DNA of 64,000 nt from Felis catus (lineage: Eukaryota): the NCBI RefSeq assembly GCF_018350175.1, contig NC_058368.1, forward strand, positions 79,982,001 through 80,046,000, given 5' to 3'. Every line of letters begins with the position of its first letter. Position 1 is the stretch's first letter. The position numbers and the translations under genes were made by a program. The notes beneath the pieces were generated by a model, which made no database searches, was not told the DNA's origin, and saw nothing but the letters and a program-made list of their open reading frames with translations. Positions 26,079 to 39,936 of the stretch are shown here, piece after piece.

Positions 26079-26814
26079 AAAAGGCTTGTCTACAAAATCA
26101 GGTAGAGCAAACATGTCATGGGAAATCTTAGTTTAGCCCAAGGAGTCGAAGGAATCAAATTGTCCTCTTTTGTTCTACTGTGTCGACTAGACAGGAAACT
26201 GGCAGATCACAAGCTTTCCCCCTTGAAAACCAGAGCGTTTCTTTACTGAAACCATTCGCTGCGCCCTTCGGGGGAGGAAATTCGCCGTCCAGTCATCTGT
26301 GAACGGTTTTCATATTTTTTGGTTCATAAAAAAGGTGACAGCAAAAGTTTATTTTCAAGAATGTGTTGAAGAATGTGATAAAACGTTATCGTTTGAAATC
26401 AGAACAAGTCAATCACTCTAACCGAGTTCTGTTCACTTACGGGCCACGGAAACCAGAGGTCACCCGCTGTCAGCTGGCAAGCACCACACAGGCGGGGCCG
26501 CACATCGAAACCCCACAGGCCCAGGTGACACCTTTTTCTCTGTGTTTGGGGGACACGTGGCTGTGTCCGGGTGCCAGGGTGACGCTGCCCCTGTGACCAT
26601 GTCACCATGCAACCCAACCCAAGAGCCAGGAGCCACCCGTGCCCCGTGGGACAGAGGACAGGCAGGTAACTTACCCCACCCCTGCATCCTCAGTGTTTAT
26701 ACTCCACGAAAACCAAGTAGCACCAGGGAGAACACAAGACCGTCCTTCCCAGACGCCCTGGAGAGAAGCCCAGTGCACGCCCCTCACGCTGACAGGGCGT
26801 TAACTTTGTTCTGC

Positions 26815-27225
26815 GTTAACGGGGACCAAGCTGCAGTGTGAGGACATGAGAAAGTTCTGGAGGTGGAAGGTGGGGATGGCTGCACAACATTGGACTCAAA
26901 GCCACTGAACCATACACTTAAAATGGTTGAGATGGCAGGAGCTCCTGGGTGGCTCAGCGGGTTAAACATCCGACTTCAGCTTGGGTCATGATCTCACAGT
27001 TCGTGGGTTCGAGCCCCACGTCAGGCCCTGTGCTGATAGCTCGGAGCCTGGAGCCTGCTTCCGATTCTGTGTCTCCCTCTCTCTCTGCCCCTCCCCTGCT
27101 CACACTCTGTTTCCTTCTCTCTCCCTCTCTCTCAAAAATAAATAAAACATTTTGAAAATCAAAAAAGTAATAAAATGGTTAAGATGGTAAATTCTGTTAT
27201 GCATGTTTTATGCCAATAAAAAAAA
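26815..27225 (+). mobile_element. Old L1M 3' end interrupted by a SINE
   Basis: AAAGTTCTGGAG...GATGGCTGCACAACATT...CCACTGAAC..TACACTTAAAATGGTT...GGTAAATT..GTTATG...CAATAAAAA. Confidence 0.85.
26937..27170 (+). mobile_element. Can-SINE nested in L1M
   Basis: TSD TAAAATGGTT(G/A)AGATGG. Confidence 0.95.
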
Positions 27226-27867
27226 AGTGAGAAATAGTTTTCACAAATCTGGCTAGCTATCCTCAAAACCTCGATGTCCTACAGCAGTCCTTCCTGCTGG
27301 GAACCCATAGTCACAAAAGATAGCCCGCCGGGGTGGGCAGCGAGCCCCCCATCCCTTCGTGTCTTTCCACAGAACCCACAGCCACACTCATCACTGGAGC
27401 TTCTAATTTTGGATTCCCTGGAAAAAGATGTTGACGTTTGTTCTCTTTCCTCCTACCAGATTTGGGGAGCTGTTGGCATGCTCGTTTTGGGCCACAGTCT
27501 TCTGAAGCTCTACCGTTTCTTGTGTTTGGGGAAAGAAGGCCCCAGAACTTCTTCCTTAACTGCCTGCAGCCCAAGTACTCCTGAGCCTTTAAATTGAGCA
27601 TCTCCTCAGATCCCCCCAACGTATTTCAAGCCCGACTTGGCCACACCAAGAAGGAAGACACACGCGCTGACTTCAATACTCCTAGACAGCCCTGCTGTCT
27701 GCTGGCCCCCCGGGAATCAGCCCACAGGGCCTGCTCAAGGACCCCACACACATCCAGGACCTGCCTCAGCAGGGGCCCCGGCATGGGGCTGGAGCATTCT
27801 CACTGTGAGCAACCATGTCTGAAAGTACGTCACCCCTTCCTATGAGATCTGCCACCAGAGGCTGGTG

Positions 27868-27940
27868 TGAGGGACACGGGTGTGGTGGCATCCGGACCCT
27901 GCAATGAGGGACACAGGTATGGTGGCACCCAGGCCCTGGC
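27868..27940. repeat. 37-bp tandem duplication
   Basis: TGAGGGACACRGGTRTGGTGGCA..C.G.CCCTG at 27868 and 27905. Confidence 0.85.
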
Positions 27941-30900
27941 TGTCACCTCCTAGCAGCACACCTGGTGCTTCCTATTTTCACCACTCGAGCCTTGTGCAGT
28001 GCCTCCCGAGCGTGGCAGGAACCGTGGCATCTTCTGAGCAGACGGCCGCGCCTTTGGCAGGACCTGAGCAGACCGGCCCAGAATGGAAGGGACGTGACCC
28101 ATTTCAAGACCACCTGATGGGGTGTTTGCAGGGTAGCTGGAAAGTGAGGACACACGGAATCTGATTAACGAATTTGGAAAACACAGGTGGCCCAGGGCTC
28201 TCCCTCCTCTGCCCTGCCCGAGGGCACTTCCCCCGCACGTCTAACGGGATGGAGCGAACCCCCAGAGGGGGAAGGGAAGACATCTACTGTGTGCTACGGG
28301 GCCTTTGGAAACAGATGGTCAGGTTCTCGGTCAGGGTCACCAAACCCTGAGAGGTGCTCACTTAACAGATCTGCAGAGCCCAGTATCACCCAGCCAGAGA
28401 GTGGAGGCACCAAGGTCCAAACTGGGACCTAATTCCACAGCCTAGCTCTTTCCACAATGAGCTGACTCTGCAAAGGCACCCACACCGCCAACTATCCCAC
28501 GGATGATGGTAAGAAGGTGGGCTTCCAAATATGCTTGCCCCCACCCCCGGCCAGGTCGTGGCAATGAAACCACCCAATTGGCCAATTGACTGTTATTTAT
28601 GGTAAATCACAAAACAGAAGTCATTTTCAGAAGCTTTCTGTGTGTGTGTAACTTCATGTGGGATTTCCTTAATTCTCTTTCCTCTCGTCACTGTGAGTCA
28701 TAGTCTGTATTTGGACAAGACTGCCCGATGGATGCTGCCTGGCCCCCAGTCCCGCTACCATATTGGGAGGAGGAAATGTGGTACCCTGGACTCTCAGGGG
28801 CTGGGGTTCACACAGTGGGAAGGAGAGTATAAAGAACACCTTTTCAGGGGAAACACGTATCTCCTGACTCTGCTGCACTAATTAATATCACCTACCTGGA
28901 ATTTCCAGGCTAAGGGTCTGTATTTCCAGCTGTCCTAATAATCTACTGCTTTTCTAAATTTTCCACTTGGTCCTAAAGATTTCCACCTGACAAGTCTGTC
29001 TCCCCCATGATACCTTTCCAGTCGAGGGCTGCATTATAAAATCAATATTGTATTTCAAGTGTTGCAAAAAGTCTGTCAGCCCTTCCTGCCCAAAGATGCA
29101 CTCTGGGCACCGACCCCACAGACCTCGCAAGTGTAAAGGCACTCTTGACATGGAAAGTGGAAGGTCAAGGTTTGCGCTCAACGTTGTAGCTCTGAACTTG
29201 AATCAAATGAGTCAGAGTTCTCCCTGGCAGGTGACATTAGCTGGCGGAACTCTACATGCTCAACCCTTCCAGGAACACGTGCATGCATTTGGTGAAGGAC
29301 CCAAAGAAAATGTGCTGTGTCCCCCTCTGTGGTGTCCCCCTCTGCTCCAAACCAGAGAGCAAACCACCTGGACCGAAGACAGCCAAAGGGTCCAGTGAGT
29401 CCAGGTAAGCTCTGATCTCCGGGGAGGACATCACACCCCCAGTCTGGCACTTCCAAATCTGGGACGTAAGTTCAGCGGAGAAAACAGGGAGTGTGTGCCA
29501 TCAGTAACTGCCAGAAACTACCTGGCCATTGCTGGGTCACATACACAGCAGATTATTAACAGAAACTGAAGCGCATCACCCCTTTAAAGCCCACTTTGAA
29601 CCCTGCATTAAAATAAGCAACCTTGCATTGTTCTTATTATCACCAAATGGGAACAAGGTAATTTTTGAAATGAATGACACATTGCCTCTCTTGTGTGGGA
29701 GTAGTAAAACCTTCATCAATTGCATCTTTCACGAAAACATAAACTTAATGGTTGAAATGGTGTTGTTACTTTGCAGATCAGGTCTCGTAAATGCTTCTTA
29801 GGGTTATTTTACAAGCTATAAAGACATACAAGCTTGAGCTATGTCAGGACCAAGTAAAAATAAGTTCCTAATTATAAATCTAGGAAAATCCGAAATGAAA
29901 CGGTTAAAAGTTTCCTACCCTAAAAAAAAGTAGGGCAGATCTTTTTCCAGAGCCAAGACATCTGTAAAAGTTGTACCAAAAGACAGAGCTCAGAACATCC
30001 TCCTCCCTGATGTTGCCTGGGGTAATGTCAGTGCAGCAGCTGTATTCCCAGTTTGCTCTCAACGCGAGAGACTTTCCCAGTGCTGGAGAACGCGTCCCCC
30101 ACCCTCGCCCCCATCAGGAATCCCACGCAAGCTCCAAGTTGGCACTGAAGCCACACTTCTCACGAGTCTGGGTTAATTAGTTTCTGAGGCTGAAACCCAG
30201 AGACTCTGCTCCTTCTTCATGGAGCAGGAGACCATTAAGGAGTTTGCAAACCACAGCTGTCTGTCCTCGGCAACACGGTCGTCGTTCCGGGGAGAATCAC
30301 GGACTCCGTTCCCTGTAGGCAACCATGCCAGCTGCCCACGCCACACGGGGTCTCCGCCGAGGCCCCAAATTTAGCAATATCCCCGCTCACCCGCCCCACC
30401 TGCCGCCTGCCTCCCAGCGCAAATGACCGTGAGGGACAGAGCCAGGGAAGAGACAGAAGTCAAAGACCATAGTGCCGTCCCTCACTTTTCTGAATATATC
30501 AAGAAATGGGAAATTCCATACATGAAGTCTCTAAATCCCAAAATGAATTCACCTTTCAAAAGGAGACTGTTTTTATGCAGCACTTGGCTGGGGCAGGCGT
30601 GGGGCAATCTCCTCAATTTCCTCCTGGGCTTGTGTGCTACCAGGGCCACTGGCCGGAGGCACAAGGGAATAAGGCCTCCTGAGCCCTGGGATGCCTTTCC
30701 ACCGTCCCATTATCTCCTACCGCTTGTTTTAACAGACCTTCCTTCCCTCCTACTCTGTCACTGAATAACCAGCGTGTGCAGGAACGCTGGCCGCACGGGG
30801 CACAGAGGGGCCCCGGCGAGACAGGTGCCGGGCCCTGCGTCATGGTCTCACTGCCATCCGCCTCCCGGCTCAGGGAGCCCTGCTCTACCCTCTCAGTCCC

Positions 30901-31739
30901 CAGGTTCAGATTTAGGAATCTGGGGGCAAGGGAAGCCTGACCTCATTTCCGTTCAACGCAGAGAAGGTCAGGATAAAGAAAGGAGGAAGGTAGAAATCAC
31001 AGAAAGATGATTCATGATGGGTGAACTGCAGTATAAATTTATTTCCCAGGAGCGGACTGCGTAATTTTCCTGCACACTCACCAGAGGACGTCAGCAAAGC
31101 CAGAGGAGGCCAAGGAGAGCTTTCAAAAGCCCTAAGAGCATGAGTGCAGCTCAGAATGGGAGGATTCATGAAGACAGCCACAGTCCCAAACAGTGGAGGG
31201 ACACGGGACACCCTTACCTAGAGTCCCACACAGTCAGGTTCGTACTGTCAACTCAGAAGTGACCAACACCCCCACTCTCACCAGATAAAAGATCTCAGCA
31301 CCCAACATGTGGGCACCACACAGTCGGACAAGAGAGACGGAGACTGGAGGCTAGCGGCACAGCTCAGCCAGTGGCTCTAACAAAGGTGACCTCGGGCCGG
31401 AGCAGGGACAGGGCACCATCTCCAGCCTCCAGGACGGAGGGACTCCTCTCCTGCCCACATGGTGCCCGCCTCCTTGCACATCAATGAGCAAAAAGATTCA
31501 CTTTCTGAATCACCGTGCGCATTCCCATGGCACTCTGTCTTGAGGGTGATCCTGAGTCTGGAAGCTGCCCCAAAGAAGCCAATCGAACCGGTCATTTTAA
31601 TTCCATTTCAGCCAGGCCAGGCTTCCTCATCAGGGGCTGGATTCAGACAGGAGCCCAGGCTCAGCCGACCGCCCCAAATTCCTGCCGATCATCCCAGACA
31701 CCAACACGCCCGCTGGGATTACACCTGGGGAGCCAAGTG

Positions 31740-32480
31740 CTGGCCGCTGGGAGTCGCGCTGCCCACCGCGTGGGGGGGGGGGGGGGACCGATGGGGACGT
31801 GACGGTCCCCGGCGCGCACACAGCAAGCCAGAGCGGGGGCTGCTGCGTGCTCTAAAGAATGAAGTCATGCCCCGGCCTGCGCCGGGGAAATCCTACACAG
31901 CAAAAGATCGCCACCGCGATAAAGGGCTGAAAGCAATTCCCCGATTCAGCTCTTTTAGCAGCAGAGTCTGGAAATGAGCTGACACCCGGCCGCATGCACA
32001 GGGCATCAGGCTTCGGGCAACGCCCAAGGACTCGGGGGCGCAGAGTCGACTCCCGCCGCGCGGTGGGACCGGCATGTCGCGAGCAGCTCTCTGAGCACGT
32101 CCATCACTGTCACCTTGGATCTCACGGCATGCAGAGGGACAGGGACTCCACCCCCAGGATCTTCCATGCCGGCCCTGCTTCCCGCTGAGGGGAAAGGGGC
32201 CCCTGAGCCGGCTGCGGTAAGAAAACATCAGGTCGCATCCTGCAGAAGAGCTGTGGCCTCGAGGAAGACAGGCCAGCACGTGTCACCCTGCACCGGATGC
32301 TGGTGCTGGATGTAGCATTGTAACAATGCGCTTCCTGGATTTAGCGAGCACGCTGCGCTTCAGTGACAGAACCCTGATCTCAGATGTGAGGCTGCCACGC
32401 TTAGGGGCCGCGGGAGGTGACGGCCAACAACTCGCGCCAATGGCTCGGCGAAGAGTAGTAATAATTTGGAGACAAACGAC
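31740..32480. promoter_or_regulatory. CpG-rich patch (candidate CpG island/enhancer)
   Basis: Visibly high CpG density in unique sequence; not computed. Confidence 0.4.
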
Positions 32481-32880
32481 GGTAAAAGGTCAACAACCGA
32501 TTTTCAGGAGCGAATTTCAGAGTTCTTGCAACTTTCCTATACGTTTTTTTAAGGAGGGTAAAGGAGTATGAAAATGTGGGGAAGGACACCAAAAGGAGGA
32601 AAGGCTGTGAGGAGCAGAGCAGTGTCCACGGGGGACAGTGGCAACAGGGCAAATGTAGAGCAAGCCCTTTGGAGCAGCTGAGGGTGGGCTACAGAGAAAG
32701 CCTCCCGGTGAGGGCAGCGGCTGCTGACAGAGGCACAAATGACACAAAGCGCCCTGAGAGAAAGGACCTGCGGTCACCCGCGGGCGCGGCGGCTCCCCTG
32801 CCATCCACACTGCTGGTGTCCAGGGCCTCGTCCACCTTGCGCCCAATGAGCACCTTCCTGGCTGGTCAGGGTGGGCAGGG

Positions 32881-33000
32881 GTGTGAGCAGGGGAAAGGCG
32901 GTCGGGGGAGGAGGTGTGAACAGGGGGGAGGCGGTCATGGGAGGGAGGCAAGAGCAGGGGGGAGGCGGTTGGGGGAGGGGGGTGAGCAGGCGGGAGGCGG
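32881..33000. repeat. G-rich ~33-bp minisatellite, ~3.7 copies
   Basis: GAGCAGGGGGGAGGCGGT-type core in units starting near 32881, 32914, 32948 and 32980. Confidence 0.85.
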
Positions 33001-33338
33001 CCCTGCCCAGGGCAGTTCGTGGCCACACAGACCCCCTCTGGGAGCACAGCGCAGGTGAGACTTCCCACATGAGCCCAAGTCCTCCAGAGAGTTTCAGTTA
33101 TCAATAGTGTGCTCCACTGAGAGCATATTTCACCAAAGACATCAGAGGCTGAAAGTTTTTAAATAATTATAACAATTTAAGGAAAGCTTTAGAAAAATGG
33201 CTTCTATCCAGAAGAAAGACTCATTCCCTGATGTCAAAAAATAAGGTGCTTCTATCCTTCAGTGCTCACAGATACGCTAAAAAACAAAACAAACAAACAA
33301 AAACCTTGTTTATGATATAACTTAATAATATAAGAAAG

Positions 33339-33456
33339 AGGCCCCTGGGTGGCCCAGCTGGTTCAGTGTCCAACTTTGGCTAAGGTCATGATCTCACCGT
33401 TCCTGAGTTCCAGCCCTGAATCAGGCTCTGTGCTGACAGTGCAGAGTCTGCTTAGG

Positions 33457-33507
<51 letters not shown>

Positions 33508-33582
33508 CCCCCACTTGCTCACGCTCTCTCTCTCTCTCTCTCTCTCTCTCAAAATAAACTTTAAAAAATAATAATAATAATA
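33339..33582 (+). mobile_element. Can-SINE with long (CT)n and (AAT)n tail
   Basis: Typical body. Confidence 0.93.
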
Positions 33583-35784
33583 TAGGAAACTATAGAATAA
33601 TCAAACTAAAAAACCTTTATAAAATCAGGAGAGCCTATATATGTTTCTTACCATGTAGGAGGAAATTGTCATAAAAGGGTTTTGGCCAATGCTGATAGGC
33701 TGGGCCCACAGTTCCCATGCATTAAATGACCACAGAATCTAGAAGATGAAGGCCCTTTGGAATTATGAAGACAGCAGTTAGTTACCCCATTTTACTCTTA
33801 GCCTATACATTGATGACAACCAGTGTCAGAAGCAATCAAGAAAGCCGAAAAAGCAAAGCTAGCTTCTGGAGCTCACAAGACACGTGGCAATGTCCATCTG
33901 AACCGAATTCACAAGGGCTGGCCGTGACTCCCACACACAGGATCACACTGACATGTGATGGGACATGCACGCACATGGCAGGGTGGGCCCCAGCTAACCA
34001 CAGGTCACAGCATGTCCCGGGCAGCTTCACCAGATGACACGAACTTTGAGGGGCCCTTGAGGGCGTTTCTGAAGTGATAGCACCATGAAGATCCTATTTC
34101 CGGGTCCAAAACAAATAGAAAGAACCACTGTAGGTTGTTCGCCTGGGTGAAGGATCCCGACACCTCACACATGCAGCGAAATACCTAAAATGCCAATGGG
34201 GACTGGCACTGTAAAGCCAGAAACACGGAAATGCTTCGACGGCTGGAATGCGTGTGACCTAATTCTGGCAGATGCCAAGATGAGACCAGAGCTTCTCAAG
34301 GATAGTATGTTCCTCCCCCAACCCTGCTGCCTCCTGCCTCGGGCATGAAATTCTCAACCTGGATGGGCCAGATGCCACGGCAGCTCACCTGGATGGTGAG
34401 GCTGACTTCCACGCCGCCACGGAGGCAAACGTGATCATTCAGGAGCAGAAACCAGTCAGTCCCTCCGCCTTACCGCGATGGCAAAGATAAGCAGTAGAAA
34501 GATTAACCTGCCAGAAACTGATCTGCGATCATTCTACCATACTAAGAGTACATTAAGTATTTCCTCTTTAAAATTGTTTTTAATAACAATGCCAACTTTC
34601 CTCTTGAAACCTCCTAATCAGATTATGGAAAGAAAGAAGGATTAAGAAGACAATATCAAGATAATATCAAGGTGGAAGTATCAGCTACTAGGATATGATG
34701 CACATGCCCAAGACAGAGCTGTGTTCTCCCCTCCCGCATCCACCTACCACCACGGGAGGGTCATTTCATGGCCCCTGAGGCTCAGGGTGAGTAAGAGGAG
34801 AGGCCAGGTGTCTCTGGCATCCACGCCCAGAATTTCCACCACGCCACGAGGCCTTCTATGAAGCCACACACAGGACACGGCAGGCAATGCTGGCTGAAAT
34901 TCTACCCTTGTTAAAGACGCCCTTTTTCTAATAGAAAGTATTAACTGCACCAGTCAGAGTCTAGAAGGCAATGGCAACACAGTAGCCGTCGGCACACCCA
35001 CCTCTCACGTCTTGGTTTCTAAACACCACTCTTCAACAGAAGGAACAGGACTCTCAGGAGGAAGGCTGACTCAGGGCTGGGGAAGGGAGGACAACACAAT
35101 CCTGGCACATACATGCAACATGCAAGGAAAGCAAAAGGCTAACTCTGCTTTTTCTGAAAAGGCGTTTCACAATTACATGTTGAACTTCACATTTTTGAAA
35201 CAAAAACAGTCTCCAAACTCTGAATGCTAATCACACACTTCTAAGAAATACCTCGACCTGCAGAGCAGTCCCCAGTCACTGAGCACACGTGCGGCTACTC
35301 CTATCAGCCGTGGCGTGTGGCTTGTGCTGCACGTCTGTGTCTCCCAGGGTCCTCGGCTCCCCAACTCCACAGCAAGCTCCTTCTCAAACACGTCAACCGC
35401 TCTACATCGCGCACACTGTGAAACTGCAGCAGACGGATAGAAGAAGGGGTACCTAACTCATGCCACCTGCCCAAACCCCCTTTCTCGCCAACACAAAGGT
35501 AGATGTTAACACTAAGATGGGGGCAAGGGGAAGAGTTGATTTTCTCCATACCCTAAACAATTAAAATGGAAACCACATTCCAAGGTGGCCTTTGCTATAC
35601 AAACATGACATGGCTGAGGTCAGAATCCCTTACCCCATGTCCCCCACCAAGAGGACAGCCCCTGGGCATGGTGAGGGGGTACGGGAGCCCACAGTCATTG
35701 ATTGCTCTGGGCTCACAGGGCATAAAGGGGAACCTAAAGCAAACTGAAATGTCTCTTTTCTCCTTCCTTGAAGGAAAAAAAAAA

Positions 35785-35826
35785 GTGTGTGTGTGTGTCT
35801 GTGTGTGTGCACGCGTGTGTGTGTGT
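35785..35826. repeat. Imperfect (TG)n
   Basis: Direct reading. Confidence 0.9.
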
Positions 35827-37409
35827 ACTGGCAAAATTTTAAGTAAGCTAGTTAAAATTTTCAAAATCTAAACGAGTTTATTATAAACAGTAAATGGTTG
35901 CCTGAACTTGTCCCAGAGCACAAGCGTTTTGAGATCCAGACCACCTCTGAGGTTTTTCCAGCACCACTGGCTGGGTTAATCGCTCATGTATCCATGAACT
36001 CAACAGGCCTACATAATCCCTCTTACTGCTGGCCATGGTTCTAGGTGCCAGAACAGACAATGACAAGGTCCCCAGCTATCAGGGGATGCACACGTAGAAG
36101 GAACTAAGGTCTGGTATAGGTCTGCCCTCACGATCAACGACATGACCCGCCCGTGTCTAAAAAATGCTTCCTTGACCACTGAGTGCGAGCTCTAGCCCCA
36201 CCCACAGCCCTTTGCAGAAAACAAGCTTTTTACCGCTCGTGAAGTCCCTCGTGGGTGCTCAATAAATAGCTGTTGAATAATTAATAGAATCTGCAAGCAA
36301 GACCTGTTTTAAACCCACCTCTCCTCCCTTACCTCAAATCCTCATTTTAAAGACAAGATCATAAACTCTGAAAGCTTCAAAGGGCAGTGTTCTTTAAGGA
36401 AAAGTCTGTAAATCAAACCAGGGCTTGCTTCAGAAACTCAGATCCCAGAGTTAAACGCTTCATTGGGGAAATGGTTTTAAATTGTCTCACACAACAGAGT
36501 AATAAGGAAAGAACTACAATTATCCCTCCTCTTTCTTTTTTTCAAATGACAGACACAAGGGATTAAGTGGGTGTAAAGTCCATCAAACCACACCTTCTGG
36601 TTACGAGGACAGAATGATCCTTCAAGATGACCCCAACATCCACCAGCATTGCCTAGACAGAGACCCTCTTTTTAATGAGCATCAGCGTGACAAAAGTCCT
36701 CGGCTGAAGCGCAGACACTTGGAAAGTACTTACAGCAGTTTAATCACCAAAGGATCCCATTTCCTTAATTTCCCAATAAGTTTAAAAATTATTATATTGG
36801 AAGGCAAAAAGACCAGTAAGATTTGGGCTAGGCCAAATTAAAAACGAATTCTTATTTAAACATTTGCTGTTACAACTGTTTTAATTATGCATTTGCTTAT
36901 CTGTTCAATAATACTGAGCAAAATATTATACGAAGTGCTACAGGGAAACAGGGGGAAACACTAAGGCTTTGTCCTCAATTAATGGGGAGATGATGGTGTA
37001 ACACAAATTACGATGTTATCGGCTAGTCGCTACGTTGAAACATGGACACAAGGGGGGAGACGTCTACACCTTCAAATACACACAACTCAAACTGAAATCT
37101 CTGAAATCTTCAGGGTAGGCTGTGAAATATGCATCTGGGCATATTAAGTGGTTCTGCCTTAAGAAGCCCTTTTCCCCCCATTAGTTGTTAGACGTTTTGC
37201 TCTGACGACCACACCATTCACCGTGAGCCACGTGCTCAAAGGAGAACATGCAGCTTTCTGGAGAGGGACCTGGATCTGGCCACACTGCCTACCTGTCGTC
37301 TGGCTTGGAGCAAGTCTCTGAACCCCCGACCCCATCCCCCCCAGAAGAGTGGGGACACAATCACCCAGCCTGTTCAGCTGAAATGATACATGTGTCCACC
37401 CACCGACGG

Positions 37410-37901
37410 TGCCCCCAACATCTTGAAACTGGCACTTTCGGTTCCCAGGCTTTCCAGACTCAGACCTGGGTTGCACCCTCCAGGCCCCTGGACCTCAGGC
37501 TTCAAGTTCAGCTCCACTTCACACCCGCCTTCCAGGTTCTGCAGCCTGCAGATGGTAGATAGGGCGGCTTCCAGCTCCTCTGTGAGCCGACACCTAAAAG
37601 AAACCTCCTGGGGCGCCTGGGGGGCTCAGCCAGTTAAGCATCTGACCATTGGTTTTGGCTCCAGTCGTGATCTCATGGCTCATGGGATCAAGGCCCTGGG
37701 GGGCTCTGCGCTGACAGCATGGAGCCTGCTTGGGATTCTCTGCCTCCCTCTCTCTCTCTCTCTCTCTCTCTGCCCCTCTTCCATTCTCTCTCTCTTTCTC
37801 TCAAAGTAAATAAACATTACAAAAGAAAGAAAGAAATCTCCCCTTATACGTCTCTCTATACATCCTATCGGCCCCGTGTCTCTGGAGCGCCCTAGACAAA
37901 C
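37410..37901 (+). mobile_element. MLT2-type (ERVL) LTR 3' part, interrupted by a SINE
   Basis: GGTTCCCAGGCTTT..GACTCAGAC, CAGCCTGCAGATGG, TGTGAGCC, ATCCTAT....TCTCTGGAG..CCCT terminal pattern. Confidence 0.75.
37610..37830 (+). mobile_element. Can-SINE nested in MLT2
   Basis: TSD AAAGAAA(C/T)CTCC. Confidence 0.94.
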
Positions 37902-38033
37902 ACCGAGAAAACAGCAAGTACTGAATCCTTCAGAGCAGAAATCTCTACACCTGTTTCAGATGTAGACGTAAATGTGCACGTGTGTATACGTGCGTGGGTA
38001 CCTGTGGAACATGCATTAAAATTATTCAAGAGA

Positions 38034-38251
38034 GGGGCGCCTGGGTGGCTCAGTCGGTTGAGCGTCTGACTTCAGCTTGGGTCACGATCTCACGGTCTGT
38101 GAGTTCGAGCCCCGCGTCGGGCTCTGGGCTGACAGCTCAGAGCCTGGAGCCCGTTTCCTATTCTGTGTCTCCCTCTCTCTCTGCCCCTCCCCCATTCATG
38201 CTCTGTCTCTCTCTGTCTCAAAAATAAATAAATGTTATAAAAATTTTTTTT
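38034..38251 (+). mobile_element. Can-SINE
   Basis: TSD AAATTATTCAAGAGA. Confidence 0.96.
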
Positions 38252-39129
38252 AAATTATTCAAGAGAATTTTTAGGCATTTTTAAATTCTAAGACATCTTC
38301 AGGTAGATGTGGGGATAAACTACACCATATGTTTCACCCTTCACACTTCTGTTTTCACAGCAGAGCTACAGAGAGCACACGCATGTATACAACCCTCACT
38401 TGTGAAACGGTCTGATGGAGCAGAGTAAAACCTCTATCGGCACAATTGTTTTACTGTTGACCCAGATATTTTGTCCTTTCCTTCAATAACTCAAAAATTC
38501 AGTAAGTTACTACAGATGTTGCCCAGCGTTCTGTTGGGTCCTTGAGGAATACATCCCAGCCTTTGTGCCAAAACCTCACCGTCCTGCCAAGTGCCTCCAC
38601 TCAGCCGAGGCACCACCACACCCTCGGCGTTTCTATCCAGGTTGTTCGGGGAGGGTCTGAAATTTTGGCATAACGTTTGGCACCAGATAACCCTGAACAT
38701 TATACGCAGTAATGACTTACCATATTAGTAACATTACACAAGATAGAGAATTCACTATACGTTAATAACGAATTTCTCAATCTTAACTAGTATGTGCCAC
38801 ATTAGATACATAAATGGGCTACTTAAATGCAGAATAATGGTCAAAAAATATCAGCCCACCAGTATGATATGCCATACCAACCAGTCAGAAAGGACGCTGG
38901 CCCTAATGATCCAGGTCCCCACCACCGTGCGCCAGCTCTAACCAGAAGTTATACGTCACCAACACAACATGACACAAAACACTTCGATATGAAGATCCCA
39001 GCGTTTTCGATTTGGAACACAGATAGCAAAGTGGTGGCCCGTGGGCTGGAATCTGCCTCCAGATGTCTCACGTGGCCTGAACCATATTCTACAGTTTTTA
39101 GAATGAATATTTTAAAAATTGAGACTCCA

Positions 39130-39360
39130 GGAGGCACCTGGGTGGCTCAGTCGGTTGAGCGTCCGACTCCGGCTCGGATCATGATCTCACGGTTCGTGGA
39201 TTCGAGCCCCGCATCAGGCTCTGTGCTGACAGCTCAGAGCCTGGAGCCTGCTTCAGAGTCTGTGTCTCCCTCTCTCTCTGCGCCTCCCCCACTCACACTC
39301 TGTCTCTCTCTCTCTCCTTCAAAAAAATAAATAAAAACATTAAAAAATTTTTTAATAAAA
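39130..39360 (+). mobile_element. Can-SINE
   Basis: TSD TGAGACTCCAGG. Confidence 0.96.
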
Positions 39361-39936
39361 AAATGAGACTCCAGGTTTCTAATGCTTAACCTATAAAAAG
39401 CGGGACCATTCTGGGCTCCTTTTGCTGGGACGCAAGCTCTGTCACCGAGCTGGCCACTCACTGAAGGACCTCCAGGTTAGCTCGTCAATTTACAGTGGAC
39501 TTGCTGAGTGAGCTTCAATCACTGAAATGTGTGTTCCAGGAAGTCCACACGTACGTTTACGGGAAGGTCACCCTGGAGCTGTATTCCAGGGCAATGGAGC
39601 CCTCCCTCAGGTGGCTATACTCTGATTTCCCTGTATTATCAATCCTAATAGCACATTTCAATTTTGACTAATTAGCCACTCCCCTGAATAGCACACAACA
39701 AATCCATCCTTTGAAAACTAGCCACTGAGGCCAAATTTCCTTTGCTTCATCATTGTTTTCCTTCCCCAATCGGTCTCTCTCCGAAATCTCTGATATGATG
39801 ACTCATCTTTTCTGAATATCTTCTACCAGGGAGTTCAGATTAATTTATATAATAATCCTTCCTGTGGAACAACCAGGTAAGTTGGTGACCAGGGCACCCA
39901 GCCAGATGGGCACCATCTCCCCTTCTGCAGAGCGCC

